This document shows positions 8,401 through 15,847 of a DNA stretch of 17,257 nt, in pieces. Origin of the DNA: a bacterium (GTDB taxonomy: Bacteria > Hydrothermota > 32-111); the NCBI GenBank assembly GCA_050239825.1, contig JBFXGO010000044.1:1-17257 (forward strand), in the 5' to 3' direction. A model generated the notes under the pieces. That model was not told where the DNA came from. It worked only from the letters and a program-made list of their open reading frames with translations, and did no database searches. The position numbers and the translations under genes are program-made. Every line of letters begins with the position of its first letter. Within the stretch, counting starts at the first letter, position 1.

Positions 8401-9416
8401 ACCATCTCATATTCTACTTCAAGCATTTTCTTTTCCGTGATGTCGTCGATGAGTATAACAGCTCCAACAGACCGCCCGCCCTCAACTATGGGGTATCCAT
8501 AGAGATTCTGCACAACCTCTTTTTTCATTCTTTTAGAGTATCTCTTCAAATTGAGTATTTTCTTAGATTTCTTCTGCTCCATTATTTCAACGAATATTTT
8601 ATCAAGCTTGAGTTTTAAAAAATCGGGGAACAACTCAAATATATTTTTACCGATTATCTCTTCCTTCGAGAAAGCATACTTATCCTGCGTGAACCTGTTG
8701 AATTTGATAATGTTTCCCTCTTTGTCCAGAACAATAATTCCCTGGGCAATCGAATCAAAAATCAGGTCCTGCATCCTCTTAAGCCCTTCAATTTCTCTTG
8801 ACCATCCTTCCTTCTCTTTAATATCATGTATTACCAGAATTTTCATATCTGCCCACTGCATCACTTTGATTTTAGCTGAAGCAAGGTCTCCGTTTTTGTC
8901 ATATATCTCGATGATAAAGTTGTTTTTCCCTTCCTTAATTCCGGTGAGAACCTCTTCAAGATACTGCGGGGGAAGAATCTCGCTGAAGAAAGATCCGACA
9001 AGAAGACTCTCACTGAATCCATATCTTACAGAGAAAATATAATTGGTGTAAATTATTTTATTGCCTGAATCAAGAATTATGACTGATTCGTCAATAGAAT
9101 TGACTATGTCATTGATGAAAATAATATCGTAGACAGAGGTGTTCTTAAATTCACTGCCATCAATTGCTATAAATTTCTTGTTGATAGGGTCTTCCACAAC
9201 AACAATGCCGTCCATTCTGTGAGTTATCAAAGATGATTTGTCTTTTGACGGTTTAATTTTTGACAAGGTGCTGTTAAGAATCATCGGGTTCGTTTTAAAA
9301 ATGCTTTTTGCAGGAATATCATTGTTTTTGTCCGGTTTGCCGTCATACCCGGTTACTAAATAATTTATATTATTAATTTTAAGCAGTCGGAGAAAACTTG
9401 ACATAACATCTTTCAT
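5415..9416 (-). CDS. Cytoplasmic multi-sensor histidine kinase (approx. PAS-PAS-GAFx4-PAS-HisKA-HATPase_c), 1333 aa
   Basis: PAS starts IVNSIDESVIILD, IFDSIAQGIIVLD and ILENLPSGVIYMN. Clear GAF motifs GQGIVGTVAK...AIAVPV...VGVL and GVGVAGNVAKSG...NVPL...VGVICV, plus two more divergent GAF-like blocks. H-box AHEIKNPL, N-box NIFLNAVQA, F-box IFTPFFTTK, G2 GGTGLGL. No TM helix seen. SD TAAGGA overlaps the TPR gene stop. Confidence 0.95.
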   Translation of the reverse strand: MKDVMSSFLRLLKINNINYLVTGYDGKPDKNNDIPAKSIFKTNPMILNSTLSKIKPSKDKSSLITHRMDGIVVVEDPINKKFIAIDGSEFKNTSVYDIIFINDIVNSIDESVIILDSGNKIIYTNYIFSVRYGFSESLLVGSFFSEILPPQYLEEVLTGIKEGKNNFIIEIYDKNGDLASAKIKVMQWADMKILVIHDIKEKEGWSREIEGLKRMQDLIFDSIAQGIIVLDKEGNIIKFNRFTQDKYAFSKEEIIGKNIFELFPDFLKLKLDKIFVEIMEQKKSKKILNLKRYSKRMKKEVVQNLYGYPIVEGGRSVGAVILIDDITEKKMLEVEYEMVQKKSEVVNDLNAILTETIEINPLMSSISKYLSEHLSFNKLFIINKMNDRIYEYKAKDMALCQDIKTMAGLHHLKSLNVSQVKIFSEKNDLMKVSSSTKNESVVLVPVIFNKTHYVDFILEFSYDVSKERNELGFLDAFFNHIGIVFDKAFSYEEKKENLKKLEFVLKISKVLSQTKEYQKTFRNLMEMVSEELTADRCFFVVKTRKEDELRAVAAVGEDQEQLMLKTFVMGQGIVGTVAKLNEPIILDNALEFKNVEYSKGYKKRRQAAIAVPVNFKGEFVGVLMLTRYGETPFSNEDFEMVKIIANNSSSYVKSLLLQMDTENKIEQLSFLYKIFTSIRTVLNIQLLRRIVTTTMGSTTKSDMTLLFKNESDVSGSRYLISETYFADQKFKDYLKGRQNMSGEFFDSLQTASHLDGDSKTAMMIFSKKMNRVIALPINITENHRYILLLCNENRVNDKISDDTYNAIIQELGMKFENAILFQENEKKIKQYNIISKLAEKLTNVKNIEDFFNYLLSSAIEIVDGSIATLLLRDGNYLVFKSASGVSIEEIKDIKIKIGVGVAGNVAKSGKSAIVNNTKTDENFVKMANLSKVYTVYNMVNVPLVHGGETVGVICVDNKRSGNFNESDAQFLETLANTAIIALEQFMGSDKDGQVSNLILENLPSGVIYMNSDGIIKHVNRTFSRISRFSEKEVLGKKYRKVFNDKNNIIQKVIKSEKPIFRSEIELISKSKEPVPCGISITPIKTKNNLDIVCIIQNLSEIKRIQSELKAKENLAALGQMAAGMAHEIKNPLAGILTGMEFLKMQFGDENTIYGESIDLIIKEVRRLDRLVNDMTSFAKTKTRIVTQTNLNNVIEHALEIVKGRLNEAGINIKKEIPDNLHLIDIDEEQIVEVLINIFLNAVQAMNKNGNIKIIVSQSEKETLLEVFNSGPRIEEELLAKIFTPFFTTKSGGTGLGLAISYNIIKEHHGTIRAQNMPDGVSFIISLPTKQSNE

Positions 9417-9424
9417 AAGGTTCC

Positions 9425-9682
9425 TTAAATTTTGATTATCTTTTCAAGATGTCGTTTCGCCTGCTGATGGTTTGCATCCTTTTCAAGAACTTTTTTGAAG
9501 CATATCTTTGCCTGTTCAAAATCATTTATGCTTTCATAAACAACACCAAGATTAAACAGCAGGTCATTGTCATTCTTATATAGTTTCAAACCCTTCCTGT
9601 ATATTCTGATTGCCATCTTGAACTGCTGATTCAAAAAATAGAATGAACCTGCTTCAAGAAGTTTATCTTTCTCTTCTTGCAT
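9425..9682 (-). CDS. Small tetratricopeptide repeat protein (2 TPRs), 85 aa
   Basis: TPR pattern AG..YF..QQF..AI..YRKGL..Y and LLFNLGVVYESINDFEQAKICFKKVLEKDANHQQA; fills the gap between ktrA and the kinase. Confidence 0.88.
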   Translation of the reverse strand: MQEEKDKLLEAGSFYFLNQQFKMAIRIYRKGLKLYKNDNDLLFNLGVVYESINDFEQAKICFKKVLEKDANHQQAKRHLEKIIKI

Positions 9683-9696
9683 ATTCTTTAATCATA

Positions 9697-10401
9697 TTAT
9701 ATTTTATCAATCTTTTCAAGATGCTCCTTTATGCCTATTATAATAAGAACATCTCCTTCGACAATCTGTTCCTTTGGAGAAGGAGAGATGATCGTGGTTT
9801 CCTCGAAATCATTTGTAAAATTATCGGCAGCTGTCGGCACATTTCTCTTAATGGCTATTATATTAACATCAAATCTCTTCCTGATGTCAATCTCTTCCAG
9901 AGTTCTTCCAAAAAATGAAGAGGGGGCTTTTATTTCCACTATGTTGTGTTTTTCTGAGAGTTCTATCATATCAAAAATATTCGGTGAAACAAGAGTGTCG
10001 GCAAGCCGCTTCGCGCTTTCGTACTCGGGAAAGATTATACGGTCAACCCCTATCTTCTCAAGAACCTTTGCATGCTTATGGTCGGTGGCTTTTGCTATTA
10101 CATTTTTTATCTTAAGGGTGTCTTTCAGATATGTGCATATCAGAAGACTTGATGCAACATCGTCGCCTACGGAGACAATAGCCGTATTGACATCCTCCAT
10201 ACCTATCTCTTTCAAACTCTGTTCATTTGTAGCATTCATCTGAACGGCATGCGCGACTTTATTGACAATATTTTCAACCTTTTCTTCATCAGCATCAATC
10301 GCCAAAACCTCCATTCCCTTCTCCGACAGAATGGTTGCTACGGCATTGCCGAAATTCCCAAGTCCGATAACCGCATAAACATGTTCTTTTTTCTTGTCCA
10401 T
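9697..10401 (-). CDS. ktrA: Ktr/Trk potassium uptake regulatory subunit (KtrA/TrkA family; RCK_N + RCK_C), 234 aa
   Basis: Rossmann motif VIGLGNFG, VLAID, IAKA...H.KVLEKIGVD.IIFPE, and RCK_C IDIRKRFDVNIIAIKR. SD GGAGG. Confidence 0.95.
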   Translation of the reverse strand: MDKKKEHVYAVIGLGNFGNAVATILSEKGMEVLAIDADEEKVENIVNKVAHAVQMNATNEQSLKEIGMEDVNTAIVSVGDDVASSLLICTYLKDTLKIKNVIAKATDHKHAKVLEKIGVDRIIFPEYESAKRLADTLVSPNIFDMIELSEKHNIVEIKAPSSFFGRTLEEIDIRKRFDVNIIAIKRNVPTAADNFTNDFEETTIISPSPKEQIVEGDVLIIIGIKEHLEKIDKI

Positions 10402-10409
10402 ATATCCTC

Positions 10410-11786
10410 CTATCCGACCGTAATTTTTGTTTCAGGATACTTTATAGTTTCTGACCGGTCTCTCGTAATAAATAGATTTATACTGGTCATGATTCCTATT
10501 CTACCAATTATCATTACAATTACCACCAATAGTTTTCCCATCCAAGTAAAACCGCCGGATAGGGAAAGGTTTGTTCCCGGGAGACCGCACGAAAGGCCTA
10601 CCGTTCCATAAGCGGAGACTATCTCAAAAAGCACTTTGAAAGCATCGAAAGATTCAAATACAAGAAGCAGAAGATATGATACCGCAATGAGAAAAAGCGA
10701 TATAGAGAAAATAAAGTATGACCTGAAAATTGTCTCCTCATTTATATTCCTCCTAAAAATGTTCAAACGTTTCCTTCCCTTGAGTTTGTTTATCATGGCA
10801 CTTATTACGATAAAAATCGTAGTGGTTTTTATTCCTCCCCCCGTTCCTCCCGGAGAGGCGCCGATAAACATTAAGACAATGAACATGAAGATTGTCGCAT
10901 TTTTCATTATACCCAAATTGAGAGTGTTAAATCCTGCAGTGCGCGGTGTGATTGACTGAAGACCTGTATTGATAAGTTTGTTGAAGATAGTCAAATCGGA
11001 GAGGGAATTGTTCCTCTCAAGGAAGAAAAAGAGAACAAACGGCACCAATATGAGTATAACGGTCATTATAAAAGCAATCATAGTGTGAACCTGAAACTGC
11101 CTCCTTTTTTTGAAAAGGTTCCTTCTCACATCTCCTATTGCTATGAATCCGAAGCCTCCAGTTATTATAAGCAGAGATATAACTATGCAGGCAATAGGGT
11201 CATTTCTCATTATGACAAAATTTTCGGAAAACAAACTGAATCCGGCGTTGCAGAAAGCCGACACTGAATGAAAGATCGAGAACCATGCCGCTTTGAGAGG
11301 ATTTTCAACATGCCTCATCATGTTTGGCATCAGAAGGAGAGCTCCCGCGGTTTCAATCAAAAATGTAAATGTCATGACATTCAAAAGAAATCTCTTTATG
11401 TTCTGAGCTGAGAATCTCTGAAACTCGTCAATAGTTTGATACCTCACATTTGCATTAAGTTTTTTTGCTACGGAAACCGACAGAAATGTGCTGAGTATCA
11501 TGTATCCCAAACCACCGAGTTGAATCAGCAGAAGTATAACCGCATGTCCGAAAGGAGTAAAGAAATGCTCGGTGTCCTGCACTATAAGTCCGGTTACACA
11601 GACTGACGATGTTGATGTGAAGAGTGCATCTATGAATGATATACCCGCGCTCTCCTTTATTGACACCGGAAGAAGAAGCAGAAGGGTGCCTGCAATAATT
11701 ATAACGCCGTAGCCGACAAGAACGGTTATCGAGGGATTACTCTTTCTGAGAGTAAAATTGTCATTTATAGAGTATTTTGATCGCAT
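10410..11786 (-). CDS. ktrB: Ktr/Trk potassium uptake membrane subunit (KtrB/TrkH family), ~458 aa
   Basis: Four pore-loop motifs SSVCVTGL, SAFCNAGF, TPRTAGF and SAYGTVGL; gate loop FIGASPGGTGGGIKTT; C-terminal YPE..I.VG. Start placed at ATG 11786 behind SD GAGGA, overlapping the end of lon by 26 nt. Confidence 0.95.
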   Translation of the reverse strand: MRSKYSINDNFTLRKSNPSITVLVGYGVIIIAGTLLLLLPVSIKESAGISFIDALFTSTSSVCVTGLIVQDTEHFFTPFGHAVILLLIQLGGLGYMILSTFLSVSVAKKLNANVRYQTIDEFQRFSAQNIKRFLLNVMTFTFLIETAGALLLMPNMMRHVENPLKAAWFSIFHSVSAFCNAGFSLFSENFVIMRNDPIACIVISLLIITGGFGFIAIGDVRRNLFKKRRQFQVHTMIAFIMTVILILVPFVLFFFLERNNSLSDLTIFNKLINTGLQSITPRTAGFNTLNLGIMKNATIFMFIVLMFIGASPGGTGGGIKTTTIFIVISAMINKLKGRKRLNIFRRNINEETIFRSYFIFSISLFLIAVSYLLLLVFESFDAFKVLFEIVSAYGTVGLSCGLPGTNLSLSGGFTWMGKLLVVIVMIIGRIGIMTSINLFITRDRSETIKYPETKITVG

Positions 11787-14073
11787 CGTCAATCCTCTCA
11801 ATGAAATAAATCTTTATATCTTTCTTCACTCTCGCGGGAAGCTCTACAAACTGGGCTTTATTTGCGGCAGGAATTATTACATTGTTTATGCCAGCCGATT
11901 GAGCGGCCACAAGTTTTTCCTGAAGACCGCCGATTGGAAGTATTATTCCGCGGAGGGTCACCTCTCCGGTCATTGCAAAATCTCTTCTCAGAGGCTTATT
12001 TATCAATGCCGAGAAGAGTGACATCGTTATTGTGATTCCTGCAGAAGGTCCGTCCTTTGGGATTGAACCTTCAGGCACATGTATGTGAATATCATACTTC
12101 GTAAAAAAATTCTTCTCTATTCCGTATTTTTGTGAATACTTCCTAAGCCAGCTTATTGAGGCGGATGCCGACTCTTTCATCACCTCTCCGAGCTGTCCGG
12201 TAAGCTGAACCTTGCCGCTCCCGTCCAAAAGAAGCGTTTCCATGGAGAGAGTAGCTCCGCCATACGGAGTCCAGGCAAGACCCCTCGCCACTCCAATAAG
12301 GGATTTTTTATCCTTCGCCTCTGTCATAATCAAAGGAGAACCAAGATACTTTGTGAGAAGTTTTGAAGATACTCGGATATTGCTTTTTTTCTCATTTGAC
12401 GCAATCTCCTTAGCGCGTTTTCTCATAACCTTTGAAATGGTCTTTTCAAGAGAGCGCACACCGGATTCCATAGTATATTTTTTGATAATGTCCTTTAAAG
12501 CAGAATCATCTATAGTTATGTCCTTCGCAGTCAGCCCTGATTCCTTCATTGTTCTTGGTATCAGAAATCTTTTTGATATTTCGAATTTCTCAAAATCGAG
12601 ATAACCCGGTAGATTTATTATTTCCATCCTGTCTCTCAGAGCCGGAGGTATTGTGTGCACAACATTTGCTGTGCAGATAAAGAGAACATTTGAAAGGTCA
12701 TAGTCAATTTCAAGGTAATGGTCAACGAATGCATTATTTATCTCAGGATCAAGCACTTCAAGAAGAGCGCTTGAAGGGTCTCCTTTAAAGTCAGAACCCA
12801 ATTTGTCTACTTCATCAAGCATGAATACAGGATTCATCACTCCGCCGCGCTTCATCATCTGAATAATCCTACCCGGCATTGACCCAATATATGTTTTCCT
12901 GTGCCCCCGTATCTCGGCTTCATCTCTTACTCCGCCAAGAGACAGACGCACGAATTTTCTGCCCAATGCCTGCGCAATGGATTGTCCGAGAGAGGTTTTC
13001 CCAACTCCGGGAGGACCTGAGAAGCAGAGTATCTGACCCTTAACCTGCTTCGCCATTTTGATAACAGCAAGATATTCAAGAATCCTCTCCTTAACCCTGT
13101 CAAGGCCGAAATGATTTCTGCTCAGTATCTTTTCGGCAAGTTTTATGTCCAAATTGTCCTTGGTCTTGCTGTGCCAGGGTATTGAGCAGAGCCAGTCAAG
13201 GTAATTTCTTATAACCGTGGCTTCCGGAGAGAGCGGCGCCATCGTCGCCAGTTTGTTCAGCTCCGCCAATGCCTTCTTCTCGCTCTCCTCATTCATTTTT
13301 GCTTTTAGTATTTTTGCCTTTATCTCTTCAAATTCATCAACAGCACTGCCTCCGAATCCAAGTTCTTTTTTTATTATCTTAAGCTGTTCGTTTAAAAAAT
13401 ACTTCTTCTGATTTTCTGCTATATCCTTTGTCACCTCTTTGTTTATTTTCTCCCTTAATTCATTCATATAAATCTGCTCAGAGATTATCTTGAGTATTTC
13501 AGTTGCTTTTTTTTCAATCTCGGAGATCTCAATTATCTTTAAAAGCCTTTCCTTCGGTGCTTCTATAAGCGGTAATGTGGTATCACATAGAATGCTTAGA
13601 TCCTTTGCTCCCATCACTCTCATCAGATCTTCATAAATGATTCTTAAGGGGGTGAACTTTGAAAGTTTCTGAGCTTCACTTTTTATCGAAATCAAAAGAG
13701 CGTTCTCTTTTGATTTGTCGTCCATCTCCTTGAATTCCACTACCTTTGCCTTGACTTTAAAGTACCCGCTGAAATCTATCCTCTTCTCAATTAAAACATA
13801 TTGAAGAGGATAAAGAATCAGCCGTATCGATGTATCCTTTGTTTTTTCAATATTGGCGATTTTTGCGACTACACCAGATAAATGCGAAGATGAAGAGTAT
13901 TCTATTGCAATCGTGTCATCAATATTAAAAGTAACTTGTTTGAGGTTGATATCAACTTTGTCAATCAGATCAAGCTTCTCCAGCTGATGCTTGAAGAAGA
14001 GAGGGTACTTTTCCTTTCCCCTGATATCAATCAAAACATGAAGATAATTGGAATCGAAAGTTTCTTCATTCAT
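11761..14073 (-). CDS. lon: ATP-dependent Lon protease (LonA), 770 aa
   Basis: Walker A GPPGVGKT, EIRGHRKTYIG, Walker B MLDEVDK, catalytic Ser PKDGPSAG, catalytic Lys IGGLQEK. ATG immediately follows the clpX TAG. Confidence 0.98.
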   Translation of the reverse strand: MNEETFDSNYLHVLIDIRGKEKYPLFFKHQLEKLDLIDKVDINLKQVTFNIDDTIAIEYSSSSHLSGVVAKIANIEKTKDTSIRLILYPLQYVLIEKRIDFSGYFKVKAKVVEFKEMDDKSKENALLISIKSEAQKLSKFTPLRIIYEDLMRVMGAKDLSILCDTTLPLIEAPKERLLKIIEISEIEKKATEILKIISEQIYMNELREKINKEVTKDIAENQKKYFLNEQLKIIKKELGFGGSAVDEFEEIKAKILKAKMNEESEKKALAELNKLATMAPLSPEATVIRNYLDWLCSIPWHSKTKDNLDIKLAEKILSRNHFGLDRVKERILEYLAVIKMAKQVKGQILCFSGPPGVGKTSLGQSIAQALGRKFVRLSLGGVRDEAEIRGHRKTYIGSMPGRIIQMMKRGGVMNPVFMLDEVDKLGSDFKGDPSSALLEVLDPEINNAFVDHYLEIDYDLSNVLFICTANVVHTIPPALRDRMEIINLPGYLDFEKFEISKRFLIPRTMKESGLTAKDITIDDSALKDIIKKYTMESGVRSLEKTISKVMRKRAKEIASNEKKSNIRVSSKLLTKYLGSPLIMTEAKDKKSLIGVARGLAWTPYGGATLSMETLLLDGSGKVQLTGQLGEVMKESASASISWLRKYSQKYGIEKNFFTKYDIHIHVPEGSIPKDGPSAGITITMSLFSALINKPLRRDFAMTGEVTLRGIILPIGGLQEKLVAAQSAGINNVIIPAANKAQFVELPARVKKDIKIYFIERIDDAIKILYK

Positions 14074-15246
14074 CTAAATTCCCTTTTCAAATTCCTTTAT
14101 ATCCTTATCAGTTATCATTATCTTTCTGCCGGATTTTGAAGAGGGCAGTTCAAACATCAGGTCAAGCATGAATGTCTCTATTACCGACCTCAGTCCTCTC
14201 GCTCCGGTCTTCCTTTCGACCGCTTCTTTGGCAATGTAATCAAGAGCCGAATCTGCAAAATCAAGCTCTATTCCGTCAAGAGAAAGAAGTTTTTTATATT
14301 GATTGACGAGAGAATTCTCCGGTTCATACAGAATTCTTTTCATCTCTTCAAGGTTAAGTTCAAATAACGGTGCAATAACGGGGAATCTTCCTACAAATTC
14401 AGGTATCATTCCATAAGATACGAAATCCCTCTGTTCGGCCTTCTTCAATATTTTTTTGTCATCTTCTTTATGTTGCGTTTGTTTGAAACCTATCTGAGAT
14501 TTGTTTATCCTTGATTTTATTGTCTCATCAAGATAATTGAACGCTCCACCGGCAATAAAAAGGATGTTCTTTGTGTCCATCTGCAGATATTTTTGTTCGG
14601 GATGTTTTCTTCCTCCCTGAGGAGGTATGTTGGCAACCGTGCCTTCAAGTATTTTCAGAAGAGCCTGCTGAACACCTTCACCCGACACATCCCTTGTTAT
14701 GGAAGGATTGCCAGCCGTTTTGCTTCCGATTTTGTCTATTTCATCTATATAACATATTCCAATCTGAGCCTTCTCGATGTCATAATCTGCTGATATTATA
14801 AGGCGAAGAAGTATATTTTCCACATCCTCTCCAACATAACCAGCTTCGGTCAGTGATGTGGCGTCTGAAATGGAGAAAGGCACATTTAATATTGATGCGA
14901 GACAACGAGCTATGAGAGTTTTTCCAACACCGGTCGGTCCAAAGAGGAGTATATTGGATTTATCAATTCCTGAAACATCATCTGCGAAGACTCTTTTGTA
15001 GTGGTTGTAAACTCCCACCGAAACAACTTTTTTTGCATAATCCTGACCGATAATAAATTTGTCCAGTTCTTCTTTAATCTCTTTTGGCTTTAAAACATTC
15101 ACTCTTTTCTTTTTCCTATTCTCAGCAACCAAAATTGCCTTTTCCTTTATGCATTCAAGACATACTTTGCTTCCGTCTTCAGCTATATATGCATACTCCT
15201 TTATAACATTTCCGCAGAGAGAGCAGAGATTATCCTTTTTTTTCAT
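14074..15246 (-). CDS. clpX: ATP-dependent Clp protease ATP-binding subunit ClpX, 390 aa
   Basis: C4 zinc site CSLC...[12 protein letters not shown], pore loop [32 protein letters not shown] loop, IGF loop, TGARGLR. Confidence 0.98.
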   Translation of the reverse strand: MKKKDNLCSLCGNVIKEYAYIAEDGSKVCLECIKEKAILVAENRKKKRVNVLKPKEIKEELDKFIIGQDYAKKVVSVGVYNHYKRVFADDVSGIDKSNILLFGPTGVGKTLIARCLASILNVPFSISDATSLTEAGYVGEDVENILLRLIISADYDIEKAQIGICYIDEIDKIGSKTAGNPSITRDVSGEGVQQALLKILEGTVANIPPQGGRKHPEQKYLQMDTKNILFIAGGAFNYLDETIKSRINKSQIGFKQTQHKEDDKKILKKAEQRDFVSYGMIPEFVGRFPVIAPLFELNLEEMKRILYEPENSLVNQYKKLLSLDGIELDFADSALDYIAKEAVERKTGARGLRSVIETFMLDLMFELPSSKSGRKIMITDKDIKEFEKGI

Positions 15247-15832
15247 TTACTTTCCTTGATAAAAGAATATTGTCTATGATACCGTACTTTTGCGCCTCTT
15301 CAGAGTTCATCCAAAAATCTCTGTCAGAGTCGGTTTCAATCTGGTTTATAGGTTTTCCCGTATGTTTGGATACTATCGCATTCAAAGTGCTTCTTGTGCG
15401 CAGTATTTCGCGCGCATGTATTTCAATGTCGGAAGCCTGACCCTGCACTCCGCCGAGAGGCTGATGTATAAGAATTCTTGAATTCGGAAGAGAGAATCTT
15501 TTTCCTTTCTCTCCCGCCATCAGGATAACTGCCGCCATTGAAGCGGCAACACCCATGCAGATTGTTGAAACCGGGCATTTTATATACTGTATCGTGTCAT
15601 AAATTGCCAGACCGCTCGACACAAGACCGCCGTTGGAATTTATATAAAGATTTATATCCTTCTCCTGATTGTCCGCCTCTAGAAAGAGCATCTGCGCAAT
15701 CACAAGGTTTGCGGTATCGTCATCTATAGCTCCACCAAGGAAGATTATTCTGTCAACGAGAAGCCTTGAATAAATATCATACCCTCGCTCCCCTCTTCCC
15801 GTTCGTTCGACCACCATTGGTATCATCGGCAT
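15230..15832 (-). CDS. clpP: ATP-dependent Clp protease proteolytic subunit ClpP, 200 aa
   Basis: DIYSRLL..RIIFL and catalytic triad motifs AASM, IHQP and DRD. SD AGGAG. Confidence 0.98.
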   Translation of the reverse strand: MPMIPMVVERTGRGERGYDIYSRLLVDRIIFLGGAIDDDTANLVIAQMLFLEADNQEKDINLYINSNGGLVSSGLAIYDTIQYIKCPVSTICMGVAASMAAVILMAGEKGKRFSLPNSRILIHQPLGGVQGQASDIEIHAREILRTRSTLNAIVSKHTGKPINQIETDSDRDFWMNSEEAQKYGIIDNILLSRKVNEKKG

Positions 15833-15847
15833 ATTTCTCTCCTTTTT

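Noticed and set aside
9663..9695. Minus-strand mini-ORF MIKEYARRER starting 1 nt after the ktrA stop and overlapping the TPR start out of frame
   Set aside because: It could be a re-initiation uORF or hint at a 1-nt indel, but a 10-codon ORF arises easily by chance and nothing else supports it.
11787..11801. ORF-track TTG start of ktrB
   Set aside because: This segment contains the GAGGA SD for the ATG at 11786, which is the better start.
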